Positions 51,192 to 61,880 of a stretch of DNA of 64,000 nt are shown piece by piece (the first letter of the stretch is position 1; each line of letters opens with the position of its first letter). The DNA is taken from assembly GCA_030265395.1 (NCBI GenBank), contig JARFYF010000057.1, positions 15,316,835 to 15,380,834 on the forward strand, written 5' to 3'. The DNA is from Rhina ancylostomus. Lineage: Eukaryota. A model generated the notes under the pieces. The model was not told the DNA's origin and searched no databases. It saw nothing but the letters and a program-made list of their open reading frames with translations. Made by a program: the position numbers and the translations under genes.

Positions 51192-51321
51192 CTTCAGCAG
51201 CTCCGACAGGGTGTCCAGCACCTCGGGAGGCCCCACCTCCAAACCCTCCTCTCTTCCGGTCGCTTTCTTTGTGTAGACAACATTCCCCAGATAGAGGATT
51301 GCAGATAGCACAAAAAATATC
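51192..51321 (-). CDS. MYO9B: MYO9B motor exon followed by a GC donor
   Basis: ttctgcag| [43 protein letters not shown] |gcaagt. Confidence 0.93.
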
Positions 51322-51409
51322 CTGCAGAAGCAAACACAGCAGTCAGAAGCTCGGCAAGAGCAGTGTCTGAAATCCTGCCCACTCCAGCAATTCATAGACC
51401 TACGTCTCC

Positions 51410-51740
51410 AGTTAACAGGGCAGTCTGTTCCCCCACAACCCAACAGTGACACTGCTGCTTTCCAATGGGGCTCATCACCCAGCAGGGAAAGACATAGACT
51501 AGAGCTCATACCGACCCTCTGCTGGGACAGTTCTCCCACAGGACCAGCTCACACCAACCACCTGCTGGGGCGGTCTTCCCACAGCAGCAGCTCACATAAC
51601 ACCCTGCTGGGAGACTCTTCCATTTACTCCAACACTGTTGCAATAGAACCCTCCCCTCTCACCACAGAGAAACACCAGTCCTCTACTGGGAGAGTCCTTC
51701 CATGGGTCCAGCTCACACCAACACGTCACCAGGAGGAGAC
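51410..51740. repeat. Degenerate minisatellite, unit about 43 bp
   Basis: Repeated cagctcacaccaacc.cctgctggg..ag(t)cttcccac units. Confidence 0.75.
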
Positions 51741-52025
51741 AGTACCCGTGATTTATCAATCACCCAAGTAATTACAATACAAAGCAATAGTCAGTAGTTG
51801 AAGACGTACAGTAAATGCTGGCTAATCAGGCAGCCTTGCCAGTGCTGGACTAGCAGATTGTCCAGACTATTGGATGTTACTCCTACTTGTAGCCAGGTGA
51901 TCAGAGTTTTACCATGCACTCACTGATTGACCAGCACTGACAACCTGTGGGCACCTGGTGAAAATTGCTTTTGGAAGTTTTAAACATTGTAACAAGAGAA
52001 AGAAACATAAAGACGGGGATCTCAC

Positions 52026-52129
52026 TGATTCTTGGTGGTGTGGAGGAAGCCCACCATCTCCATGGCCTGCTTCAAACGTTCAAACTCATGCTTCAGGTCC
52101 TCGCCGTCGTCGATACAAAAGTTTTCCTT
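52026..52129 (-). CDS. MYO9B: MYO9B motor exon (tandem CAG/AAG acceptor; may start at 52126)
   Basis: ccttccag| [36 protein letters not shown]|gtgaga. Confidence 0.93.
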
Positions 52130-52354
52130 CTGGAAGGACAGGAATAGATGGACAATATTACAAAAGGCTGGGAAGAGATGGAAAGGGGGCAGGGTGGCTG
52201 CGAGGAGACCAAGGATACTGGTGGGGGTGGGGTGGGGTGGAGAGATGCAGGGAGATCATGGGAGCCAGTGGGTGGGGTGGAGTGGGGACAGGNNNNNNNN
52301 NNNNNNNNNNNNNNNNNNNNNNNNCCACGGGGGGGGTGGGCGGGGGATGGAAAC

Positions 52355-52950
52355 AGACAGGGAGAATGAGAAGAGAGCAAAGGAGAGAGAGTTGGACAGT
52401 GGTGCGGTCATCACGGTGGTGTGTCACTGGGCTGCCTCCCTGGCGTCATGCTCCTACCTGGTTGAGGTAGTGATAATGTTCCGGTGGCTGCAGCTGGAAG
52501 TCTCTGCGCTCCTCCTCACTGGCCCCCATCAACAGGTAATAGAAGACGTGGTAGTTCCTGCACAGAGGGAGGGACAGCAGAAATCAAGGACAGCCGCAGG
52601 AGGACATTGAAAGGAAAAAACAAAAAGACAAAACATTAGCACCTATTACAAAGCCGTTGATACAGTCAGGGTGGCAGGTTACAGCATCAAACCTCAGCCC
52701 TCGGTGAGCTCTCCAAGTGCTGGAGATGAGAGTACATGGGGGCCGATGGGTAGTGGTTACCACTGGAGATCCATCAGGCTCTGTGGACAGGACTAGGCCG
52801 AGATGCGATGCTTCTCGTTGTCGAATAGCCTGTCAGTCCTGCCAACGCATGCGGACACAGTGTAGAAAGGCCGGGGGGTGACAGACCACGATGATGACCG
52901 CACCACTGTCCAACTTTCTCTCCTTTGCTCTCTTCACATTCTCCCTGTCT
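52355..52950. repeat. 73-bp inverted repeat bracketing a MYO9B exon (arms 52355-52427 and 52878-52950)
   Basis: 5 mismatches in 73 nt; also visible as near-identical peptides DDRTTVQLSLLCSL in opposite-strand ORFs. Confidence 0.93.
52458..52557 (-). CDS. MYO9B: MYO9B motor exon (100 nt)
   Basis: ctgtgcag| [33 protein letters not shown] |gtagga. Confidence 0.95.
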
Positions 52951-53517
52951 CCCTCTGTCTCTCCCACCCCACTGGTTCCCTCTTAAAAAAAGCTGAACCG
53001 CAGCAAAGAGTTGACACAAGAGTCGTACAGCATGAAAACAGGCCCTTCAGCCCAACTGGTCCATGGACCACGAAGAAAGGAGGGGAAGGATGGAAAGAGG
53101 GTGGGACAAGAGGTGAGCCTCTTCCCTCCCCCAACACCACCCCTGGTTAGCTGGGCCAAAAGGCTGGGTTTGACAACATTTCAGGATCCTGTGCAATTCA
53201 GGGTCACACATCTGTCACACCGGATACAGGAATCCTGTGCTCAGCCCAGCAGGGAGCAGCCAGGTTGTGACCTGCCGAGCTGGGCTGGGAAACAAAGAGA
53301 CTAACACGTGGCTCCTGCCTTCCCGAGACCCCCATCCCAGTCTTCTCTCCGTCAACCTTTGGCAGTTCGTAAACCAACACCAACTCCACACTTTGATCTC
53401 TGGCATCTGCTCCCAGGGGCCTGCCTTGCTCACCGATCAAACTGCCTCCTGACAGGAGGTCATCTAAAGTTACCCTGCACAGGTCATGGGGTCAATGACC
53501 ACCTCAGCCCACTTTAC

Positions 53518-53580
53518 CTCTCATCAGCCTCCTGCGACACCAGACGGGATTTCTCCAGGAGATATTTCTCCACAACAGCC
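53518..53580 (-). CDS. MYO9B: MYO9B motor exon
   Basis: cttttccag| AVVEKYLLEKSRLVSQEADE AG|gtaaag. Confidence 0.95.
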
Positions 53581-54117
53581 CTGGAAAAGGAGACAAAGTT
53601 AATCCCGAAGAGGGAACCGAGAGATTTGAATGAGTACCACAGGAAGGGCAAAAGGGAACATCTCTAAAAAATGCAATAGATGTGAGAATGCGAGAGTCCG
53701 TTCACACGCCCAGGTGTAAAGTGAGTTACAGACGGTGCAGAGACCAAAATCAGTCTGACATCAGAGAAACACGAGGACACTGAACTCAGTCAAATGTGTG
53801 TGGCTGATGGGGACGTTGGGAACAGGAAGGGGAAGAGTGGTGGAGTGAAGGGGGGGGTGGCAGGCAGCGAGAGGGGTGGCAGGCAGTGAAGGCCTGGGGA
53901 GGGGGAANNNNNNNNNNNNNNNNNNNNNNNNNNNNNNNNNNNNNNNNNNNNNNNNNNNNNNNNNNNNNNNNNNNNNNNNNNNNNNNNNNNNNNNNNNNNN
54001 NNNNNNNNNNNNNNNNNNNNNNNNNNNNNNNNNNNNNNNNNNNNNNNGTAGGGACAACCTGTTGTTGCATTCCCACCACTGTCATCTCTCAACAACATTA
54101 CTGAAGGTCACACTCAC

Positions 54118-54212
54118 CCTCGGACTAGTCCATTTTCCAAGTAATTGACCTGGATGAATTTGCCGAACCTGCTCGAGTTGTTGTTGTGGGCAGTTTTTGC
54201 GTTTCCAAAGGC
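54118..54212 (-). CDS. MYO9B: MYO9B motor exon with switch I (most 5' exon in window)
   Basis: tttgacag| [33 protein letters not shown]|gtgagt; NNNSSRFGK switch I. Confidence 0.96.
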
Positions 54213-57200
54213 CTGTCAAAATAGAGCACAGAGTTGGTCCAGAAGGGAGCTGGACCCACAGGGATCCCATCAGCATGACTTCCCCTTCCTCCTTTTCTCT
54301 CTCTCTTTGCACTCAGAGCCTTAACAAGACCAACAGTTCTCCAGGAGGCCAGAGGCATCCAGTTGGAAATTTCAAAGGAGATCTGGCTGGCCAGGTGCTC
54401 TTGTTCGACCCCAGAGGACAACCGTTTAGCCTGGTTCAATATTCACCTGGGATGCCATGGGCTTTTTGCCCAGATTGGGCCATTTTCCACCAGATTTCCT
54501 CAGGTGACTCCCTACGTCCATGAACCCCATTCCCAAACCCACATCTGATTGCCCTACAGCAACTCCTGGAGTGGTTCAATGGGAGCTGCATTATCACAAT
54601 TCTCTTCACTTCAGAAATGGCTNNNNNNNNNNNNNNNNNNNNNNNNNNNNNNNNNNNNNNNNNNNNNNNNNNNNNNNNNNNNNNNNNNNNNNNNNNNNNN
54701 NNNNNNNNNNNNNNNNNNNNNNNNNNNNNNNNNNNNNNNNNNNNNNNNNNNNNNNNNNNNNNNNNNNNNNNNNNNNNNNNNNNNNNNNNNNNNNNNNNNN
54801 NNNNNNNNNNNNNNNNNNNNNNNNNNNNNNNNNNNNNNNNNNNNNNNNNNNNNNNNNNNNNNNNNNNNNNNNNNNNNNNNNNNNNNNNNNNNNNNNNNNN
54901 NNNNNNNNNNNNNNNNNNNNNNNNNNNNNNNNNNNNNNNNNNNNNNNNNNNNNNNNNNNNNNNNNNNNNNNNNNNNNNNNNNNNNNNNNNNNNNNNNNNN
55001 NNNNNNNNNNNNNNNNNNNNNNNNNNNNNNNNNNNNNNNNNGCTAAAACCCATCTGATTGGCTCATCTCCTTCAGGGAAGGAAACCTGCCCTCTTTACCT
55101 GGTCTGTCCTCTACATGGCTGCAAGGCACAGCGTGACCAGCCAGGGCAGTTCAAAATGGGCACACCCTGAGAACAAGGTAATAAAAGGCTGAATGGAGGC
55201 AATTGCTACACCTCTTCAGGGGCTGGAGTCACAAATGCCGCAGACTGGGTGAAGGCAGGTTTACCTCCCCGTAAGACCATTAGATTCTTCCAACAGTCCC
55301 AAGCTTCATGTATCTTCTAAATATAAAGTGACCATGTACCCAAACATCAGTGGTGGGATTTGAAGCCATGATTCCTGGGTTTCACGAACAGAAGTTAAAC
55401 CACTCCCTGCTGCACCCAGAAACACCACACGGCCAATACACGGGTTCCTGGAATTGGGACATTGCGGACCACTGTGGTGATGAGCACAGGACACTGAGCA
55501 AACCCAGGACATGGAAGTGACCTCAGAAGAAGATTGAACAAAGTGAGTTTATAATTAACTCTTCAACATTTACACACGATCTCACTTCTCTATCTGGGTT
55601 CTTGTTTACTCCTCCTTGACTCCCACCTCCTCAAGGCGAGGCCTGGAGAGTAGGGAAGCGGAGTTGGAGCCAGCGGGTGAGGTGCGCAGGTGGTGGGAAC
55701 AGCACTGCAGCATCCACTGCATCAAGAGGCTGCCTGAGTGAGACCGAGGCACGGGTCAATGGATTCTTGCGCACTCTCGCCTCACACAGCACTTCACCTC
55801 AAACTGCCTCACATCAGCTGCCCCCTCCCACACGCACACACACATACAGTGTTACACCAGGGCCCCTTAGCTCATCATCCTCCCACACCAGGGCACCCCA
55901 AAGAGACCATTTCAATAACCTAAAAATGAATGCAAGAGTGACTATGAAAGTGCACTCCCCAGCAAAAATTCTCTCTTCAATCATCCTTCAATTCCCTTTT
56001 GAAAGTTCCCGTTCAATCTGCTTCTATGGCCTCATCCCCGTGGGCTCCAGTTCACCACTCGCTATAAAAGGAAACTTCCTTAAAAGATAGAGACACACAG
56101 GACAAAAAAAGGTGAAAGACAGAAATGCCATCAATCCTCAGTCTGACTCAAAGTCATACAGTGAATGAATCATTTTTAAAGAACAGTCACAGGAGAAGTG
56201 AAGGAAAAATGAGCAAGATTCCACTCATAACACTGGGACAATGGGTCAGTTAGTCTATTCTTGCAGCTTGGTGTTTGCGAAAGGACTGGTGGCTCATCAC
56301 CAGAAAAATTCCCCACTCTCATTACCAGAGCATCCTTTACACTTACCTTAAGAAAGAAACTGTTCCATCCTGTCCATGCCCCCTCCCCAAACTCCTCCAT
56401 CCCATGCCAGACCCCATCCCCTTTATCCATGCCTGACAATTTCTTCCACCCTGTCCTGGACCCCTCCCCAACTCCCCCTAACCCTCAGTAACTCAGTCCT
56501 GGATGCTACCCCATCCCCTACAATTGCTTCCAGTGTATTCTGGACCACACCCCCTCTTCCCCATCCTCTCCACCCTGCCCAGAACCCACACCACAGACCC
56601 ACTACTCTATCCCTCCAATTGCTTCCACCCTGAGACCACTCCTCCTTTGTCTCCTTCACCCTGCCCTGGACTAACCCTTCGACCCAGTCCCCTCCATCCT
56701 GTCCTCTTTCCCCCATCTGAAATCTGGCCCTCTCCCTCTACACCACCACCATTCCAACCCCTCAAGTCCCACCCGCCAAATTCTCAGAAAGATTCACACA
56801 TAACAAAACTAGGATCAGAAACACTCAGCATCGGGGAACTGAGCTCATCCACTGAATGTAACAATGTGGGCAGTCGTCACGTAAACAGGCATTGCACGGT
56901 CTAAACATCCGACGGCCAAACATCCAGGAATGTTTGAGCCAAAGCTCCTGCCATCCCCGGACATTGTGGGCTCCCTTTGAAGGCAGCCAATGGCCCCTGC
57001 ACACTTCCATTCTGATGGGCACAGAGGGCCTCATACAGTAAGACCATTTTTAAATTTAGATACTTTTTAAATCATTACGCAGCCTCTGTAATAACAGCCC
57101 AGCACAAAATGAAGACCAAATAAAATAAGAAACCCGTATGGATTAAATTATAGGCTGCGCATGGAGGCCAATCCACAAGAGCCCTGCCAACGTCCTGGTT

Positions 57201-58689
57201 TAAACTCCTGCTCCACCGCAGGCCTGTAAACGTGGGGAAAGATCCCGAGAGAGCAGGGAGGCAGTGTGCAGGCTGCACCCCTCCCCCATCCACACCATAC
57301 ACCCTATTAGTCAGCACAGGAAATTGTGACACTTTGAAATGAGCAGCAAGTTAGAAGGGTTTAAGTTTTTTTGCTTCCTCAGTCTGATTACACGACCCCA
57401 AAACCATCCCGTCTCTAATTATCCTGCCATCAAACTCAACTGCAGATTTAATCCCACTCCCTGGAGATGTCCGCACTGAACCAACAGAGCTAATATCTAT
57501 TAATCCTTTGAGCCTCAGCGAGGATCCCTGCCAAAGGAAACACAGACAGGAAGCTGGCTGGTGGCTCAGTCGGTCGGGGCTATGAGCTAGTGATTGCCAC
57601 AGAGTCATGTCCAATCCTTCAACTGGGTAACTAAGGCAGGAGCGATCAGCTCGCATCAAACTGGCTTGCACTCAGAGAGAAAAAAATCCAACCTTCCTTC
57701 CTTATTCTCAATCCCTGTCTTCACCTCAAACGTACCAGTGGACGTGCCCATGTGCATGCATGTGCGCGCGCATGCATGTGCACGGTTCCGTGTGTCAGAA
57801 CTCGCTCTATGCAAGTGAGAACGGGAATGGGATGCCATTCACGGTGAAGTTCATATATGGCACTCAGTGCTGAGCCAACTCTGTGGATGGATACACTTGG
57901 GTGCTGCACTCATTGGCCCAGTTAAGTGGTGGCCCAGAGAGTGAGGGAGCAGCTTGTGGATCTGCTCAGGAGAATCATGGGGAAAGCAAAGCCCTGTTAG
58001 ATTTTACACAGAGTAGACATGCTTTAAATCTGCTTTCAGTGGGGCAGGACTGAAGGCAAAATAAATACTAACACCTCGTATCTGACTCATCTGATGCGTC
58101 ATACCAGAGGGTCAGGTCCTGTCCACCCCACACTCTCACTCAGAGATTCTCAGCTGCATCATTCAGCCCAGAATCGCCTACTTTCCAATTTCTGCAAAGC
58201 GACATATTTGGAGTTATTTCTGACCCGTTTCCAAAGCTTCTCCCCCAGCAGATTCTATAAAAGGTTCCTCGCTGGCAGGATACTGAGAGCCTGAGATCTG
58301 AATTCTCAGTTAACTCTGACATCAGCCATGTATCTGAGGGGGCGAGACCTCTGATTCGATTACACAGCTTCAAAATAAATTTCAGCAACTGGGTGGGGGT
58401 GCAGTGCATCAGACAGCACTCCTTCTCTACATCCAGATTGGAGTTTGGGCCTGAGGAAAGAGCGAGACAGACAGAATGAGGCAGACGTACAGATAGGGAG
58501 AGACAGGCTGATGCAGAGACAAACAGGAAGAGAAAGGACTTGCATTTCCACAAGTCCTTTCATGTCCTTCACAGCCAATGAACTCTTTGAAGTTCTGTAA
58601 CTGATGTAATGTAAGAACTGCAGCAACCAATGTGCAATTAGTCACTGTAGCTGGTATTGGTAATTTGCACAAAGCCAGATCTTACAAAG

Positions 58690-59270
58690 ATGTAGGAACA
58701 GGGGACAAAGCTGGATAAGATATGGAGAGTCTGAGATCAAGCCTGTTCAGTCATTCAACAGGATCATGGCTAATCTGATCTTCCTCAAGTTCACTTTCCT
58801 TATAATTTTTACTGATTAGAAATTTATGTTCATCTTAAAAAAAACACAAGCAGTTGTTCCCTGTGGTAAGGAGTTCAAACAAAAAATCCTTCCTCGCCTC
58901 AGTCATAAAAGGGTGCCCCTCCCCCCACAGCGAGTCCATGCCCTCTGGTCCTGGACTCTCCCACGAGACAAGACCTTCTCAGCACGTACCCTACCTAGCT
59001 TCCCAAGAATCCTCTTTGTTTCAGTAAGATCACCCTTCATCTGCTAAGCTCCAATTAGTAGCATCACAACCTATTTAACCTTTTCCCTTCAGATAATTCT
59101 TTCATCCCATGATCATCCCTGTGAAACTTCTCTGAAACACTTATGACAAAATAATTTCTTTCCTTAAACAGAGGGACCAAACCAGTTCTCACTGATCTAG
59201 ATGTGGTGTCACCAGTGCATTGCAGTAAGGCTTCCCTTTTATACTCCAGAGCAACATAAGAATGACCAGA
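58690..59270 (-). mobile_element. CR1-like 3' fragment
   Basis: Reverse complement of the CR1 ORF2 end (ORF remnant HYSYVALEYKREALLQ-like; ...GMKELSEGKRLNRL). Confidence 0.65.
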
Positions 59271-61355
59271 TAATCTCTGAGGTTGGTTGATCTGATTATG
59301 AATAAATTTTGTCATTATCACTGCCTTTGTGTGATCTTTCTCTGTATATATTGGTTGCAACATGTCAAATGCACTTCGAGAACACAAGTTAGTGCAGGTG
59401 GTTCCCTCTTTTCACTCTTACAAAGTCACAGTCTATCTTTAGGCCACAAGCAGTAATTGCAGACTGGGAAACAATCTCCCAGGCACAATGGAGGGGGGGG
59501 GGGGGCTTCCTTTGCTTATAATTCATTTTAACGAGCTGGAAGGAGACAAGCCCTGGGGAGCACTGAAAGCAAGAGCAATCACAATAAAGGTGCAGACCCC
59601 CCCCCACCCCCAGTCCTGAGCATCTTGGAGCAAGGATCACTGCAGCCTGTGGGGAGGGGTATGGAAGAGGAGAGTTAACATTTCCTCAGTCACTTTGAAT
59701 CTTAAGGATTCATAATTGGAATTAACAACAATATTTAAAAAGGCAAAAATGTGCCACAGTCAACGTCAGTGCTTGGGAATGTTGAAGCTTGGGAATGTGC
59801 ATACAATAGCTTCCTGCTGAGCAATGCCCAGGGGAATAACCAAGGCGGTGAGGCACAAGAAGCAGACAGTGTGATCTAGGCTGATGCCCCAAGGTCCTAA
59901 AGCCTGTTTACTGCAGTAGCGCAATAGAATGTACGCTGAAGGANNNNNNNNNNNNNNNNNNNNNNNNNNNNNNNNNNNNNNNNNNNNNNNNNNNNNNNNN
60001 NNNNNNNNNNNNNNNNNNNNNNNNNNNNNNNNNNNNNNNNNNNNNNNNNNNNNNNNNNNNNNNNNNNNNNNNNNNNNNNNNNNNNNNNNNNNNNNNNNNN
60101 NNNNNNNNNNNNNNNTCCTTTGGTATTCCAGTTTCCATCCATGTCCCAAAGTCATGCAGGTTGTTAAGCCAGTCCTATGGTGTAATGTTAGATGAGAAGT
60201 ACGTGCAGCCACTCAGTATTGATGCACCTCTACTGTCCACTCATTTGCTGCTTCAAGTTGGCCAGTTTGAACAAGTTATCAGATTGAAAGGAGAAGGGCG
60301 AAGGACCTTATGAGTCTCACTCCAGGATCACACTCAGCCAACCTATTACTGGGCCTTTGGTGGAAGCAAAACAGGAAGGAACTCTTTTTCTTCCTCTGAG
60401 CCGAGCTGGGAATGATGTGTGGTCGGTGAAAGCAGTCCTTCACGACAGCAAACCACCAACCACATCTTCTCTATTCTGTCTTTGTAAAGGAGGATCAGAG
60501 AGAACCAAAAGCTTCAAGAGGGAGCAAAGCTGCAGCAACAGCATGTGGTCCTGGGAGAGGGAGTGGCCAAACCTCTGTACACTCCTGGATCCCCAGGAAT
60601 TCAGGATTTATCCCCAGGACAATGCTGGAGAAACCAGGGCAGGAAATCATCTCGTAATGAGTGGGCTTTGAAAAAAAACTTTCCTTCTAGTCCTTCTGTT
60701 AACCAGCTGTAAGAACCACGGTCGCATCAGTGAAGACTAACAGTCAAAAACCATTCCGTGCGGTCATGCAGAATCCATTCACTCTCCAGCTGGCTGTGGG
60801 AAGACCAGATGTGATGTGGATGGACAGATTGGGTAGCCAATGGCAGAGCTGTGGGGTGGGACAAATGAACGTACACAGTCCTACAGGGAAACTCATGTCA
60901 AGTCAGCAATCACGGCTTGTTGGGTTCCTTCAAAGTCCCTCCCAATGGCTTTGGGGCAAGGGAAAAACAGTGGGTGGGAGGGTGAAGGGTGGGATGGGAT
61001 TGGGGTCTGCTGGACAAAGGTGGATGGAGGCACAAGGGGAGGGAGGAGGGTGNNNNNNNNNNNNNNNNNNNNNNNNNNNNNNNNNNNNNNNNNNNNNNNN
61101 NNNNNNNNNNNNNNNNNNNNNNNNNNNNNNNNNNNNNNNNNNNNNNNNNNNNNNNNNNNNNNNNNNNNNNNNNNNNNNNNNNNNNNNNNNNNNNNNNNNN
61201 NNNNNNNNNNNNNNNNNNNNNNNNNNNNNNNNNNNNNNNNNNNNNNNNNNNNNNNNNNNNNNNNNNNNNNNNNNNNNNNNNNNNNNNNNNNNNNNNNNNN
61301 NNNNNNNNNNNNNNNNNNNNNNNNNNNNNNNNNNNNNNNNNNNNNNNNNNNNNNN

Positions 61356-61880
61356 CCAATATAGTACCCCAACCCTGCGCACTCGTCTTCTGCCTTTTTA
61401 TGTGGCACCTCATTGAATGCCTCCAAGAAATCTAAATACTCTACACCTACTGGTTCTTCTTTAACCACCTGGTTTGTTACCTCCTCAGAAGAGTTCTTGT
61501 GCATGTGTCATCACAATTTCCCTTTAATAAAATCATGCAGACTCTGATTGATAAACATACGATTTTCTAAGTGTCCTGTTATTGCTTCTTTAATAATGAA
61601 TTCTCCATATGGCAGGTCTTGGCCCACAGATAGCTGTTTAGTCTCCTTCCTTTCTTGAATAGTGGTGTTACATTTGCAGTTTTCCAATTGTCTCAGACTT
61701 CTCCAGAATTCAGGGAATCTTGGCATATTACAATGAATGAATCCACTATCTCTGCACCCACGTCCTTTAAGACCCAAGGATGCAGACCATCTGGTGAGAG
61801 ACATCAGACTTTAACTCCATTAGTTTTCCTTGTACCCTTTTTTTCCTGGTGACAGAAATTGTTTTAATTTTGTCCCTCCC
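61356..61880 (-). mobile_element. CR1-like RT fragment
   Basis: EEVTNQVVKEEPVGVEYLDFLEAFNEVPH is a degenerate YLDFQKAFDKVPH RT motif. Confidence 0.85.

Noticed and set aside
30111-51740. Spaced repeats at 30111, 36618 and 51410 considered as CRISPR-like arrays
   Set aside because: Vertebrate DNA; units are degenerate tandem minisatellites without unique spacers or cas genes
52693-52837. CpG-rich segment with an acceptor-like site inside the inverted-repeat loop
   Set aside because: All three frames stop quickly, the donor is weak and there is no similarity to the adjacent exon; a poison exon cannot be supported without RNA data
57561-57580. tggctcagt seed resembling miR-24
   Set aside because: The rest of the mature sequence and the hairpin do not match
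58151-58264. TATAAAAG with upstream E-box and CArG-like motif on + (also CCAAT/TTTAAA near 57168-57203 and TATAAAAG near 56063)
   Set aside because: No downstream ORF or convincing exon; such motifs are expected by chance in 10 kb of intron
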